In this document: one piece after another, positions 12,373 to 25,529 of the stretch
Layout of the letters: every line of letters starts with the position of its first letter
Numbering within the stretch: the stretch's first letter is position 1
Position numbers and translations under genes: made by a program
The notes under the pieces: model-generated
What the model was told of the DNA's origin: nothing
The model's database searches: none
What the model saw: the letters and a program-made list of their open reading frames with translations, nothing else
Assembly (NCBI GenBank): GCA_951406725.2
Contig: OX597817.1
Coordinates: 53,444,001 to 53,508,000 of the forward strand
Length of the DNA stretch: 64,000 nucleotides
Reading direction: 5' to 3'
DNA from: Octopus vulgaris
Lineage: Eukaryota

Positions 12373-13598
12373 TTAATAGGAATGTCATAATTTTTCACTT
12401 GTATGTTTCCCTGACCTGATATAAATGCATGTATTGGCTGAGTAAAGTGGAAGAACTGATCTTAACTGACCCCTTTTTTGTTATTAACTTTCCATATTGC
12501 ATGTTACATTCATTAAACAGTCTACAGAATTTTTGATTATTCTCTATGTTTGTGTGCACAGATGCAGTTGACAGTGTCAGCAACATCTTTCACCACAACC
12601 TCAGGATATATCAAATTGAAGAACTGTCATGTTTTCCTGATTAGTGTCACGGAGAATGTACAGTGAACAGGGATCCCATTTTGATAGCTTTCATCATACA
12701 TTTTAAATTGTCTTCTCTGGTTTTCCCCATCAAAAAAATACTAAGGAAGTAAATCTTCATGTTATTGAAAATATGTGTAAAAATGCAAAACTGTGTTGAA
12801 TATCTGTATGTTTATTGACTACCAGAGTAATTCTATCTCCGTCTCTTCTTTATGATCCATTCACATTCATAATGTATGATGAGAAGTGATCAGTTACAGT
12901 TGGTTGAGACAAGGACTGCTTTTATTCAGCAGATTTAATTTCATGTGGTCTGTTTTATTTCCTCAACATGAATTTCAGAACATGTCATATTGAGCTCCTC
13001 CACATCGGAGTACAAATAGTTCACCTTGGCAACCATCCACAAAACCTTGCATAATGTTCCCTTTAGTAATTAATCCACCTTAAAAGCTATTACCTGCTTC
13101 TAATTTCTCCCGTGGCCTTTAAGACTGACTGTTTTAGCTGATTGGGCAGCTGTGTGAAATGGATACTGGGAACCCTTCACTAAGGTCATTTCACTGCACA
13201 ATGTTGATGTAAGATTCACAGAATCACACACACACACGCATTTTTATCATCTTTGGTTACTGAGAATTCTTCTTCATCTTAAGCAGGATTGAAATGTTGA
13301 CTCTCTTCTATCAGCTTACATGTTCTCATAGCAAACATAGTTGCTGAAATGTAAATAAGTATGGTTAAGTAACAACACTTGCAATAAATGTATACCCACA
13401 CTAAAAAAAAAGTCAAATATTAATTGCATGAGAGTAGTACAGGCTATTTAGAAACTGATGCCCCATAAGGATAAGGCTATAGTTTGTAGATGCAAGTGAA
13501 TTTGATATCAAACTATTAATGAGTTAGTAACACTGTAATGGAGGCCACCTGCATGTAGTGGTTGAAGGATCTGTGCAATGTGCGCTTGTCATTTAAAT

Positions 13599-13776
13599 CA
13601 GTGGTTTTCGAATAGGGTCCTAATGGCCCTTGGGGGTCCATATAAGATTTCTCTGTTAAAAAATTATGTGTAATAAACTGGTTATAAACTATGACATATC
13701 CCATGGGTATATGGCATAGTAGTTAAGAGCACAGGCTACTAACCCCAAGTATTCTGAGTTTGATTCCAGGCAGTGA

Positions 13777-13820
<44 letters not shown>

Positions 13821-14171
13821 GTAACAATAATATCGAAAAATGCCTTAGGAATGAAAATCCAGGTTCTCATTCCCCAAGACACCTGATGAAGGCTGGAGGG
13901 TGTATCAGCCAAAATGTTGTGTTAACAAACAAGATGAGGACAAATATGTCAAATGTAAATAATATAAATAATGTAAATAATTCCTCATCTCTTAAATATA
14001 AAACTGAAACTGCTAAAATGCATAAAATATTTTGATTTTTTTTTTATACAATTCCAAATGATATTTAATTCTAAATATACAATAGGATTTTTAAAACCTT
14101 GAATGACTTGGAGGATCCAGTAGAGTAAAATAGCAATCAAAAAAGGTCCATTGGTAAAAAAAAACCCACTA
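13599..14171. mobile_element. hAT/Charlie-like MITE interrupted by a nested insertion
   Basis: Starts CAGTGGTTTTC; both halves are similar to the uninterrupted copy at 58986-59211. Confidence 0.6.
13705..14006 (+). mobile_element. tRNA-head element with (AAT)n linker and hammerhead-like tail
   Basis: A box tggcatagtagttaag, B box gagtttgattcc, (AAT)n, then CTGATGA-a-GGCTG...CAGCC-aaaa at 13883-13914. Confidence 0.65.
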
Positions 14172-14707
<536 letters not shown>

Positions 14708-16039
14708 TATTTAGTAAAAGCAAGATATTTAGTAAAAGCAACTTGTGAGACCAATTATGAGCTAATATTTAACCATATGGTGCAATTTTAGTTAAATCAA
14801 TATGATGAAAATTTATGATCTGGCTGTGTGTAATATACTTTGAGGTGACTATCTGGCTGTATGTTGTATTATAATAGGTCACCTGCAGCTGGAAAACTCC
14901 AGGGGTATACTGGGTTTACTATAAAAGTTTTCATCTTCCTGTAGGCGGAAAAAGTGGGATCTGTGTGTGTGGATGTGTGTGTGTGCATGTGCACTTTTGT
15001 TTGTTGTGCTTTGCTGCAAATATGTGTGCAGTACACAAACCTTATTATTAAAGTTTTCTAAGCAAAACTGTGTTTGGAGACTACAGTTTGCATTTGATTC
15101 TTGTTTGATACAAGTTTGCTTTCTTGGCAATCCTAACACTTGTAAGAAAGGCATGAACACCACAACTTCATGATTTATTTTCTAATTACAACCTTCATGC
15201 CTTTTCAAAAGGCAGCCAGTATAATTGTTATTGTAACTGTCCCGTGGCAGCAAGTATATAATCCATTTAGCAAATCCACTTAGACACAAATTTATAAGGA
15301 AGAGGTATTGTTAATTAAATTGAACCAGGAGGGATTCAAGGGGAAGTTAACCCCTGGGCTGTATATGCAGCCAGAACATAAATGGACATAACTTAAATAT
15401 TGGCCAGGCATTTATTAAGCCCAACAATCCACTTTCTTTCTTGTCACTACCCACCAGTCTTAATCCAATTACCAATACTATCCATAAGATGATTAAGCTC
15501 TTCTTATATCCAGACAACATTTTGTCTACTGATTAAGGAATCACCATCAGCCTAATGGTTGCTGCAATTTGTCTAATTGATTTGAACATAAATGTCATCA
15601 CTTTGTCCCCCCTCCCCCCTCTCTCTCCTTAGTCATTCATTCATCTGGTCATTTATTTATCTATTTACTTAAAGTTCTGGCTAATAAACTGTTTATTGAT
15701 GTTTAACATAATCTTCTTAAAAGTTCACCTTCAATTAATTCTGAGTCAGTCTCCAGACATTTTAGCAAAGCGTTTCTATGATTGATAAGCTGGTTAGTTT
15801 CACCATTAATTAATATTCCTTGTGTGTTTCCACATTTGAAATTTCTTCCTGAAGAGATCTGACACATATTCCGTTAAGCTTTTGAGTAAAGCACACAGCT
15901 ACAATTTCTACATGGGTCTTGGGCAAGTGTCTTCTACTGTAACTTCCAGCCAACCAAAGCCTTGTGAGTGGATTTGGTAGACAGAGACTGTGTGTGTGTG
16001 TGTGAGATCCTCTTTATTTAACATCTGCCTTCTATGCTG

Positions 16040-16244
16040 TTGTTGTTGTTGTTAAGCAACAAGACAGGTAAGGGTGATTAGGTGATGGTCTAGGGCTTAG
16101 GGGCGGGAGACCCCAGACCTTGGGAGAAAAAACCTTTGGTCATCTTGTTGTAGTCGAGGGCTCTTTGTTGATGCCCGACACCACTGGGAGGTGGCCCTCG
16201 AAGTCACTGGAAATGGAGATCTCCAGGTCCAAATTCTTGAAGGG
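16040..16244 (-). mobile_element. Short retroposon (~205 bp) with (CAA)n tail and 15-bp TSD, inserted in a family C SINE
   Basis: TSD CTGCCTTCTATGCTG at 16025-16039 and 16245-16259; near-identical copy at 58506-58706. Confidence 0.88.
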
Positions 16245-16559
16245 CTGCCTTCTATGCTGGCATGGGTTGGATGCTTTGATAGAGTCTGATGAGCTTAGAG
16301 GTCTGCATTGAGTTACAATGTCTGCTTTGGCATAGTTTCTATGGCTGGCAACCATTCCTAATACTACTTTACTGATTGTACTGGGTGCTTTTCTTGTGGC
16401 ACTAGCACCAGTGACATCACCAAGTAACACACAAGACAAGATCCCCTTGACAAAGACCTTTACATCAACTAACAATAGATTGCTCTCTTCACTTCATTTT
16501 TGTTCCTTACAAATTATCAAACCTCTTCTGCCATATTTTCACGGGCAGGTGAACCCTAT

Positions 16560-16900
16560 AAATATTTCTTTTCAGGTGTAGTATCCCATTAGTCATCAAC
16601 TTCTGCACCTTTCTTACACCTTTGCAGGTTTTCTGTTCTTCCTTATTTTATTTGAGAATCCTTGATTCGTATCTCATTACTGATATCACTCGTGTATTTG
16701 TTGCTAATATCATGCTTCTTCTTCCATTTAATTTTGTCTTTCACGCCAGTTTTAGTTTTCTCTGATATATATTTTTTCAAATAGTTCTTTCCTTTCAATC
16801 TCTTTGATCTTGTCAGCTTCTAGTATTCCTAAATACTTGTATCCATTTTCCTCAGCATCCTTCGTTACTTCTCCAAACGGTAACACTAAGCCATCAACTG
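16560..16900 (-). mobile_element. Decayed LINE reverse-transcriptase fragment, R4/Dong-like
   Basis: Minus strand encodes GLVLPFGEVTKDAEENGYKYLGILEADKIKE..KELFEKKYIR, the YKYLG thumb-region motif with the downstream pattern of R4/Dong-type RTs; degenerate further on. Confidence 0.7.
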
Positions 16901-17087
16901 ACATCATTTTTTTCTTTTCTTATGATGATGATGATGATGATGATTTTGAAGTTGGTACTTGGGTGTTAAATATCTTGGAAGAAGACTCTGTCGGACCTTT
17001 GTTGTCTGCTCTTACAGAATTAGCTGGTGCAAGTGAAATGAGAGAGCCGAGAAGCAAAATAATGATAATAATAATAAATAATAATAA

Positions 17088-17288
17088 TAATCCTTTTCAC
17101 TGGTACAAGGCCTCAAATTTAGGGCAAGGGATTAAGTCGATTACATAACTGGTACTTATTTAATCACCCTGAAAGGATGAAAGGCAAAGTCAACCTCGGC
17201 AGAATTTGAACTTAGAACATGAAGACGGATGAAATACTGCAAATTATTTTGCCAGGCGAGCTAATGATTCTGCCATCTTTCTGCCTTA
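17088..17288 (-). mobile_element. SINE family A
   Basis: Reverse-complement core gaaaggatgaaaggcaaagtcaacctcggcagaatttgaac. Confidence 0.85.
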
Positions 17289-17319
17289 ATAATAATAATA
17301 ATAAGAAGAAGAAGACGAA

Positions 17320-17700
17320 GCACTAATGCAGTACCAGGCTGTAACTCTCATGGCTTCTGATCTTAACTGATTGGATGTATTTTCATGTACATGTTTTGTC
17401 TTGGTGTAAAAGAAGGGTTACAAATTTGCTTGACTAAAACTATTGGAGCATGTCACTTAGGGGCTGACAATATGTGCATCTCTGGCCATGAGCAGGAGTA
17501 GTGGGGGAGCATCATCCTTAAACAAAACCTCATTCAGGGACCTTTTGAGCAGGATGGGCTACTTGGCCTGAAGAAAATTCCAACTGGTTGTGATGCATGT
17601 GTCTGATGTACCCTTATCAGACGGGTAGTCATGATGGGTATATTGGGCTTCGTATACTTGTACCTGAGTGTAACTTTGATGGCATGTGTTGCTTTCTCAC
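17320..17700. repeat. Unclassified dispersed repeat G, second copy at ~55108-55462
   Basis: Colinear blocks ctaatgcagtac.aggc...tgatcttaa.tgattgga...gggggagcatcat...ttcagggac.ttttgagcaggatgggctact in both copies. Confidence 0.8.
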
Positions 17701-17708
17701 TCATTATT

Positions 17709-18061
17709 ATTACCTCCACCTTAGTGAAGGTGGAGGTATTGTTTCCAGTCGTGTGTTTGTTTGTCCCTGGACAAGATGTCTTAAGGACCACTGGATGGAT
17801 TCCGATGAAACTTTCATGGATGTTTGGCACAAACTGATTAGGTTTTGGGATTGATCTGGTACTGGATAAGGATTCTGAATTATTTTTCAGGTTTTTTTAC
17901 TTAATTTTTGAGAGCAGTCGGGTTCATTTTTAATATTCTCATTTGTGAGAGCAGTCGAGATTATTTCAGATGTTCTCATTTTAAAAATTCTCTCTGGCTA
18001 ATTGTTGAGACGACATTGGTGCTACCTTGGCGGAAGTTTGCACTCTCTGTGTGCTCTTGTT
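17709..18061 (+). mobile_element. Helentron-associated (DINE-1/HINE-like) non-autonomous element
   Basis: 5' hairpin TACCTCCACCTT-agtg-AAGGTGGAGGTA (17711-17738), GTTT microsatellite, internal ~39-bp tandem pair, 3' subterminal CCTTGGCGGAAGT plus short stem gcactctctgtgtgc; inserted in a T-rich (TTA)n site. Confidence 0.7.
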
Positions 18062-18067
18062 ATTATT

Positions 18068-18258
18068 AAGGCAGTGAGCTGGCAGAATCACTTGCACACT
18101 GGATGAAATGCTTAGCAGTATTTCCCCCGTCACTACGTTCTGAATTCAAATTCTGCCAAAGTCAATTAAATAAGAACCAGTTATGCACTGGGGTCGATGT
18201 AATCGACTTAATCCCTTCCCCCAAATATGGGGCCTTGTGCTTCCAGTAGAAAGGATTA
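18068..18258 (+). mobile_element. SINE family A with internal deletion and (ATT)n tail
   Basis: Head gagctggcagaatc, B-box, gcactggggtcgatgtaatcgacttaatccc. Confidence 0.8.
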
Positions 18259-18305
18259 TTAATATTAATTATTATTATCATTATTATTATTATTAATTAT
18301 TATTA

Positions 18306-18347
<42 letters not shown>

Positions 18348-18669
18348 ATTAATTGTAGTAGTATTTAGTATTTTTAACCTTATTATTAATAATAATAGTA
18401 TTGTTATTTTTTAAAAATTTGCTGGGTGACAGATATTGTATTGCATTGTGTACCTTGACAAGGTTTATTCCGATTGCTTGCCTCAGGTTCACTTAACTAC
18501 ATATTGGTCTTACTTCCATTCCACTGTCAAGTGGTTGGAAGATGGCTTTGAATTTTTTAAAAAAAGCATTTGCTTAAATGATCCTTATTAAACATATAAA
18601 CATTCTAGAACCTGTCCTACTTCTTCTGGCATGGTTTGGTGAATACAAAAATTAGGAACCAGTCAATTC

Positions 18670-19260
18670 ACACAGATTGACACATTCATGCAGATATCCA
18701 CAGATTCATTTTTACATTAACATATGCATATACTCATGCTCACTTTTGCATACACATACGTGCACTGAATCACATGTTCACAGATTCAGTTACATATACA
18801 TGTGCAAGTATTCACATGCACATTCACATACACATGCATACACACACATTCATGTATACGCACATATGTACATGCTCACATTCATGTATACGCACACATT
18901 TATGTACTTGTACACACATTCACATACATGCACACATTCACAGAAACACATGTATTCATGTACATGCTCACATTCACATACACACACACATTCACGTGCA
19001 TGCACACATTCACTTACACATTCATGCACATGCTTGCATACACATTCACATACATGCACACATTCACATACACATGTGCACACACCCATGCACATATTGA
19101 TATGCATGCAGGCACTCACGTGTCCTCATTCAAATATACATTAACACTCGTGTAAATGCATGCACATTTGCTCACATTGAGCAGATACATTCATGCATAT
19201 TCATAACCACATGCACCAGGACGAGCACACATGCATAACATTCTCACACGGCCACACTTG
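18670..19260. repeat. Degenerate (CA)/(CACATT)n low-complexity tract
   Basis: Visible repetition; yields H/T-rich spurious ORFs. Confidence 0.9.
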
Positions 19261-19566
19261 TACATTTGAAACTGTTTAAGCATCCAACCCGGAATTTCAT
19301 CACGAGAACAGTGGTGGGTAGCAGCAGTGATGTTCATCTAGCTTTACACCCAATTTGGTGATTATAAGAGGAACAGCTGCAACTGAGAATTGAAATCAGT
19401 TAGCAGATCCTGTTTGCCAATGTTGTATCAATACATCAAAGGTATTTTACCACCACAACCACCTCTTCCTTCTTCATAATGTGTGTATGTTGTGAATGTC
19501 TGTATGCATGTGTCCGTACACACACACACGAAAGAGGAAACATATGTATATGTACGTATGTATATA

Positions 19567-19597
<31 letters not shown>

Positions 19598-19916
19598 GAT
19601 TAGGAAGTATATTAGGTTTTTTTACTTATTATGTATTGATTATTCATTTTTAATCTTTTTGAGATCTAGTTATATGTTTTATAAAAATATTTTTTATTTT
19701 TCTTTATGATTTGGTTTATATCTATCATTGTTTGAATTGCATAATTGTGGTTTTATCTCTATATTATATATATAACATCAACACATACAGAAGTCACGCA
19801 TTAACAGACCATTGAGGGAGCCCCTACATGGGTCAACATGACCTGGGGCTAATGTGCAGCAATGTGTACACACATTGTAATGTGCTCTCTGTTACTCATA
19901 CACATCCTGTAGAAAT

Positions 19917-19957
<41 letters not shown>

Positions 19958-20302
19958 CACACATACACACACATAAATATATATACACACAAGCTTACAC
20001 ATTTGTGCTTGTGTCTCACATGCAAGATATATTTAGTGTATTTGATTCAGTGCCCTAAGCAAGGTTAGATAACCAAATTGGAAGAAAAGGTTACTGAAAG
20101 GAAGGTGGGTTGGGATGAGATCTGAAAATGGAACACATCACGGTTGAGTTTCCTGCTTTAAGCAGCCTTTGATGCACTGCTGTCCCCGTGCAATTTGCTG
20201 AGATAGAAAATAGCGAATGACAACAAATGGTAGTTGCAGAAAAGTTGGCATGCTAAAACATATACCATGTAACTGCACAATGGCATTAAAAAGGTATAAG
20301 AC

Positions 20303-20680
20303 TGCGAGCTGGCAGAATCGTTAGCACGCCGGGCGAAATGCTTAGCGGTATTTTGTCTGCTGCTTCATTCTGAGTTCAAATTCCACCGAGGTCGACTTTG
20401 CCTTTCATCCTTTTGGGGTCGATTAAATAAGTACCAGTTATGCACTGGGGTAGATATAATCAACTTAATCTGTTTGTCTGTCCTTGTTTGTCTCCTCTGT
20501 GTTTAGCCCCTTGTGGGTAGTAAAGAAATAGGTATTTCATCTGCCATTACGTTCTGAGATCAAATTCCGCCGAGGTCGACTTTGCCTTTCATCCTTTCAG
20601 GGTCAATAAATTAAGTACCAGTTACGCACTGGGGTCGATGTAATCTGTTTGTCTGTCCTTGTTTGTCCCCTCTGTGTTTA
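20303..20680 (+). mobile_element. Tandem SINE family A: full copy plus headless copy
   Basis: First copy ends aaagaaata at 20530; the second starts at GGTATTT (20531), an internal SINE position. Confidence 0.88.
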
Positions 20681-20689
20681 ATAGGCATT

Positions 20690-21420
20690 GAGAAGGCATA
20701 CATGGAGGCACAATGAGGTCCTCTGCATTTTCTGTAGTCAGGTGGAAGCAATTAGTGGTAGCAAGAAACCACAGAAGGATAGCAGTAAATGGTTTGTCGT
20801 GTTTGTCCGTCAAGGTCAAAATGGTTATCTAAATGAGAAGAAGCTGTGAATGATGAACAATGGGAAGAAGCAGCAGCTGTTGTAGAGTATGATTGCCTCT
20901 TTCCAATACTAACAAGGAAGAAGTTGGATCAGACAATATGGTGTGAGGAGCATATGATAATACACTTTACTGTTCTCCATGAAGACAATTTAGATGCACT
21001 ACTGCAAGATTTAGATGCTGGTTGGAGTAGAGTACACTTTCCTGTAGAAGTTAGATGGAGGGGTTTCATTGAGACAAGACTGAGACAGTGGCTACTATCA
21101 ATTGGTGTCCAGCATTGACAAGCAAATGCCATCTTCAAGGAGATCCAGGTGATAGCTGGGAGGGCGAACCATTGAATATAGCTATAAAAGAATGACAGAA
21201 CCTGGTTGGAGAGGTGATGATCACGAAATGGACTTGAGGTTGGATACCAGTTAGTTGAAACAGGTGGGGGTCTCACATCAGTGAGTGGGGGCTTGTTTGC
21301 TGTAAAGCTGTTGAGAAAAAGGTCCTGAAATGGTGCGCATTCTCTCCTGATGACCCCTGTAACTTTCTGGCATCTGGTATGAAGAGTTTCCGACTGACTG
21401 CACCTGAACTTGTCAGCTGT
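20690..21420 (-). mobile_element. Heavily decayed non-LTR retrotransposon-like segment
   Basis: Coding-like composition; ALPAITWISLKMAF is reminiscent of the RT motif WLDL.NAF. Weak. Confidence 0.3.
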
Positions 21421-23287
21421 TTCTAAGTCTCTCATGATGTCTCTCTGGCTGTTGCTTTTCTTTACTTTTTTTTTTGTTGTATTTTCTTACCTATTTTTAA
21501 AGATTCTAGGAGATTTTTCTAGGAGATTTCCTTCCTTTTTAGTTCCAATTCTACAGCCCTTCTCTTCTTCCTTCCATACCACCTCTCACACTTCGCAACT
21601 ACTTTTGGCATGCCTGATGCATCCAAGACAACAGATGATCTCAATTATCAACAACAACAACAAAACTTGAAATCCCTGAACAGTTGGCACTTCTGCTTTT
21701 GTGGTTGCAGTTCTTGTCATTTATTCCAATTATTTTTCTTACTCTGCCATTACTTGATAAAAAGATCAATAACCTGAGCGGGAGAGAGTTCTCACATGGC
21801 TACGTCCATCAGTGTTAATCATGTTGGTGGGGGACAGTGAGGATGGTGGGGACAAAGGCAGTGGATGGCAGAAGTGTATTTTGTTACATTTCCTGCTTAA
21901 CATTGTGAGCTTGAACACCAGGGATATTGACATGATCAGAACGAAGTGAGTTGATAAAAGAATTACAAGTTGGGTATTCTCACCACTTGAATTATGGTCT
22001 TGTGCTTGACATCTTGCCATCAAAGGCAGACACAAAGAGCAGGATGGTGACAGCTACCTTGTATTTAGTTGCAATCATTTATCCTGAGCTCCGGTCTTGG
22101 CTTTCGTTCTCACGTCTCTTGATAAATTGAGGAGGAAGTCAAGTAGTTGATTTAAACGACAGTCCCCTTCTGCATAATCCCCTGCTGTTGTTATTGTTAA
22201 TTAATTATCCTGGCCTGACTTTGCAGTGTGTGGATAAGTGGAGGATTAACAGAGGATTAGGTTAATATAGCGTTTGAGAATTTCAAATGGCAGAATAAAA
22301 TGCGGTTAACTGTGGGCAGCATCTGATCATTTAAGGATTTTAATGTTGATAGCATTGTGGGTATGGTTTGGAGGAGGTGTGGCGGTGTTAGTAATGGACA
22401 TACAGTCTGTTACAAGGGGGCAGGAGTGGCGCGTAGGTATTTGATAAATTTTCTCAACAGCCAGAAAGAAGTTTATAGAGAGTGCATCTGATGAGGTGGG
22501 AATAGAAGTGTGTTTTCAATGCAGCTGAATTTGTCCAATTAACTGGGAATATGATTTAATTAACATCGTCACTCTACTAGCTTAGGAGGTGTGTTTCTTT
22601 TTACTTGTATTTAAATTGGTATCTTATTTTACTTCTTTCTTGAGACAGTTGTTACCTTGTTCCACACACTTCATTGTTTTAAATCTTTCTGGGATTACAA
22701 AACATGTGTCAGTCAAGAAGTGGGGGTTGATCCAGTCAAGCTGTGGCCAGGTGCCAGACTAAACAGAACAGGAGGAGACACGGAGGGAGAGTCACTGAAG
22801 AGGTCACAGGAGATGTGACAAAAGATTTAAGACAAAGGACACTAAAATAAAAATAATAATAATGATAATAATAATAATAAATTTGAAGTGAAGACCAAGT
22901 ATATTGTGTGTGGTCAATTGGCAAAAAAAGAAAAAAAAAAGAGATATGACCATCCTCAAATAGGTAAATAAATAAATTCCAGTTTTGAGAGAGAAGTAAC
23001 ATGTGGTTAATGTTTCTGTTGAATGAATTTGGTTCCTTGCCACGAGCAGGATGTGGTCGCAACTACATGTTTATGGAGATGGAAATTCTGAGAAATTTAC
23101 CAAAAGTCAGAGCAGCAAGAATATTAAGGAAATTAAGATAATGCGATATGGACGATGGCAAATTTGTATTTCCTGATTTGGTTTATTTTCAAATAAACCT
23201 TTACGTCTCTGTCTCGCTCTTACATTCAGCTGCACTGTGTGTGTGTTGAATATAATTAAAATGTACAGACTTCTTCAGCTGATAACA

Positions 23288-23750
23288 TCATCAACATTGT
23301 TTAACATCTGCTTTCCATGCTAGCATAGGTTGGATGATTTGACTGAGGACTGGCGAACTAGATGGCTGCACCAGGCTCCAATCTGATCTGGCAGAGTTTC
23401 TACAGCTGGATGCCCTTCCTAACACCAACCACTCTGAGAGTGTAGTGGGTGCTTTTATGTGCCACAGGCGCGAGGGCCAGTGAGGTGGTACTGGCAACGG
23501 CCATGCTCAAGTGGTGTTTTTATGTGCCATCTGCACAGGAGCCAGTCCAGCGGCACTGGCAACGACCTCGCTTGAATGTTTTTCACGTGCCACCAGCATA
23601 AGTGCCAGTAAGGTGAGGCAACGCTGGTAACGATCACATTTGAATGGTGCCTTTTACGTGCCACCGGCACGGAAGCCAGTCAGCTGCTCTGGCAGTGATC
23701 ACGCTCGGATGGTGCTCTTAGCACTCCAGTGGCATGGGTGCCAGTCATCG
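23288..23750 (-). mobile_element. SINE family C, long copy with internal ~60-bp repeats
   Basis: Reverse-complement tail plus repeated tttta.gtgccacc.gcac modules. Confidence 0.85.
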
Positions 23751-23919
23751 ATTTTGCAAATTTGATTTGATAAAATGATAATTTTGGACAGTCCTTGAAA
23801 CAACCAAATAAAACATGGGCAACTCATTTGAATGGCAAAAATCAAGCTTTCGTGCTTTTATCATCTCGTAGTAGCTTTGTGAAAGTTATATATTTCATAG
23901 TTCCTGAGAATCCAGTGAG

Positions 23920-24144
23920 TAAACCCTTTAGCATTTAAACCGGCCATATCCAGCCTGTGTATTCTACCTGTTTTATGTTTAAACTGGCCAGATCCAGCTT
24001 CTTGCACCTACCCTACTATGCCATCCTGGAAATGAACAAATCACATTATCATAATCTTGAAGCTGAGAGACAATATATGATCAATTACAAACAATGTGAA
24101 TATAAAAGCATTACACTTGAGTGCTCTGAATAATAAAGGGTTAA
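23920..24144. mobile_element. piggyBac-type MITE family F (~220 bp)
   Basis: taaaCCCTTTAGCATT...TAAAGGGttaa; related copies at ~29395-29623, ~38552-38776 and ~48930-49123. Confidence 0.75.
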
Positions 24145-25301
24145 TAAAGCTAATTGCAAAGTAGATTAGTTGTTGTTGAGAGTACAGTAGATATCTCTTA
24201 TGTTGTGGTCTACCTTTTATGGAACCTGATGCTGTTGGAATTGAGTGGATGAGGAATATATCAGATGTTTTTTTAGTTCATGGTATGGCTGTCAGATGCT
24301 ATTAAGATTAAACACCATTTCACATTCCACTCTCTGAAAGTTGCACAACTTTCATCAAATCAAAATTAATGAGCATTGCCATATAAATATATTAATTGGT
24401 CATTCACATGCAGATATTTCCCCCCTCTCCTCCCTCTCTCATGCTGCCTAGGTGCCCAATTACTTTTTTAAAGGAAGGTGATTATCATCATCAAGTTTTA
24501 GTTTTGTTTGTATGCTTTTTTCCGTACTGGCATGGGTTGGATGAGATGAAGCAATGTCATCTTTTATGGTCACAGGCATCTTTTCTGTCAATCCTTGTTT
24601 TTCAAATAAGGTACTTCTTATTCCACTGACCTTTATTCTTTGAAACTGATGAACTATAAAGCCAACTGTTTACAGGAGATGGAATTAATGTTTTTCTGTC
24701 TCTGTTTTTCTCTCTCTCCCTCTCTACCCTTTCACAATGCTCCTAGTAAAGAGTTAAATATTCATTCATTTAGTCAGATTGTGGTATAATCTCCCACTAT
24801 TTCAGTAGATACTGAACAATGTGTCAACATCTAGTGAAAACCTCTGTTGTATTATTGAGATAGTCTGCAGATTTATTAGCATTAAGTATAAGGCTTTCTT
24901 TCAGCCAAGAATAAACTTCAATTTCATCTGCTATTTCTGTTTGGTCAGCATTTCTGGAATCTTTCACTTATAATATTGGAGCATGTTCTTTCTAATACCA
25001 GATATAATTGGGGAGTTTAGTTGCATTCTACTTTTCTGTAATTCTGAAAGAAGTATGGTTGAAATATTGTTTTAATTTGTCTTCTACTACATTTGCATAG
25101 TGTGTACACATGATACTTATGTTTGGTTTTCTGGAGGTGACTTCTGCTTCGTCGATAATTGCTTCAGCATTGCATGAATAATTTAAGGGACAAATATTGT
25201 ATTTCTGATTACGCAGTTAGCCTCAGTTAATTTAGTTGGTTTGCTTGTTAGATTTTACACATTGATGATACAGCTATAAAAATTTTAACATCTTTTTGCT
25301 T

Positions 25302-25529
25302 TTAACCTTTTCATTACTGTATTTATTTTGAGATGCTGTGTGTTTCTTTCAATCATTTTATATCTAACAAAGAATTTAGTAAAATAATTTAATTATCATT
25401 CAGCTAGTGTTAGGAACATAAATTGTGACTAAGTTTTGGTGGAAGATTTTAATTCTAAACTTATGAAAACAAGACATTTGTACTCAGAACGAGAACCAGT
25501 TTCAGCCAGGTTGGTATCGAAAGGGTTAA
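25302..25529. mobile_element. piggyBac-type MITE, second family
   Basis: TTAA|CCTTTTCATTAC...GGTATCGAAAGGG|TTAA; related pieces at ~36200-36415, ~47060-47245 and ~53480-53648. Confidence 0.75.

Noticed and set aside
18677-19155. His/Thr-rich ORFs
   Set aside because: Low-complexity CA-rich repeat.
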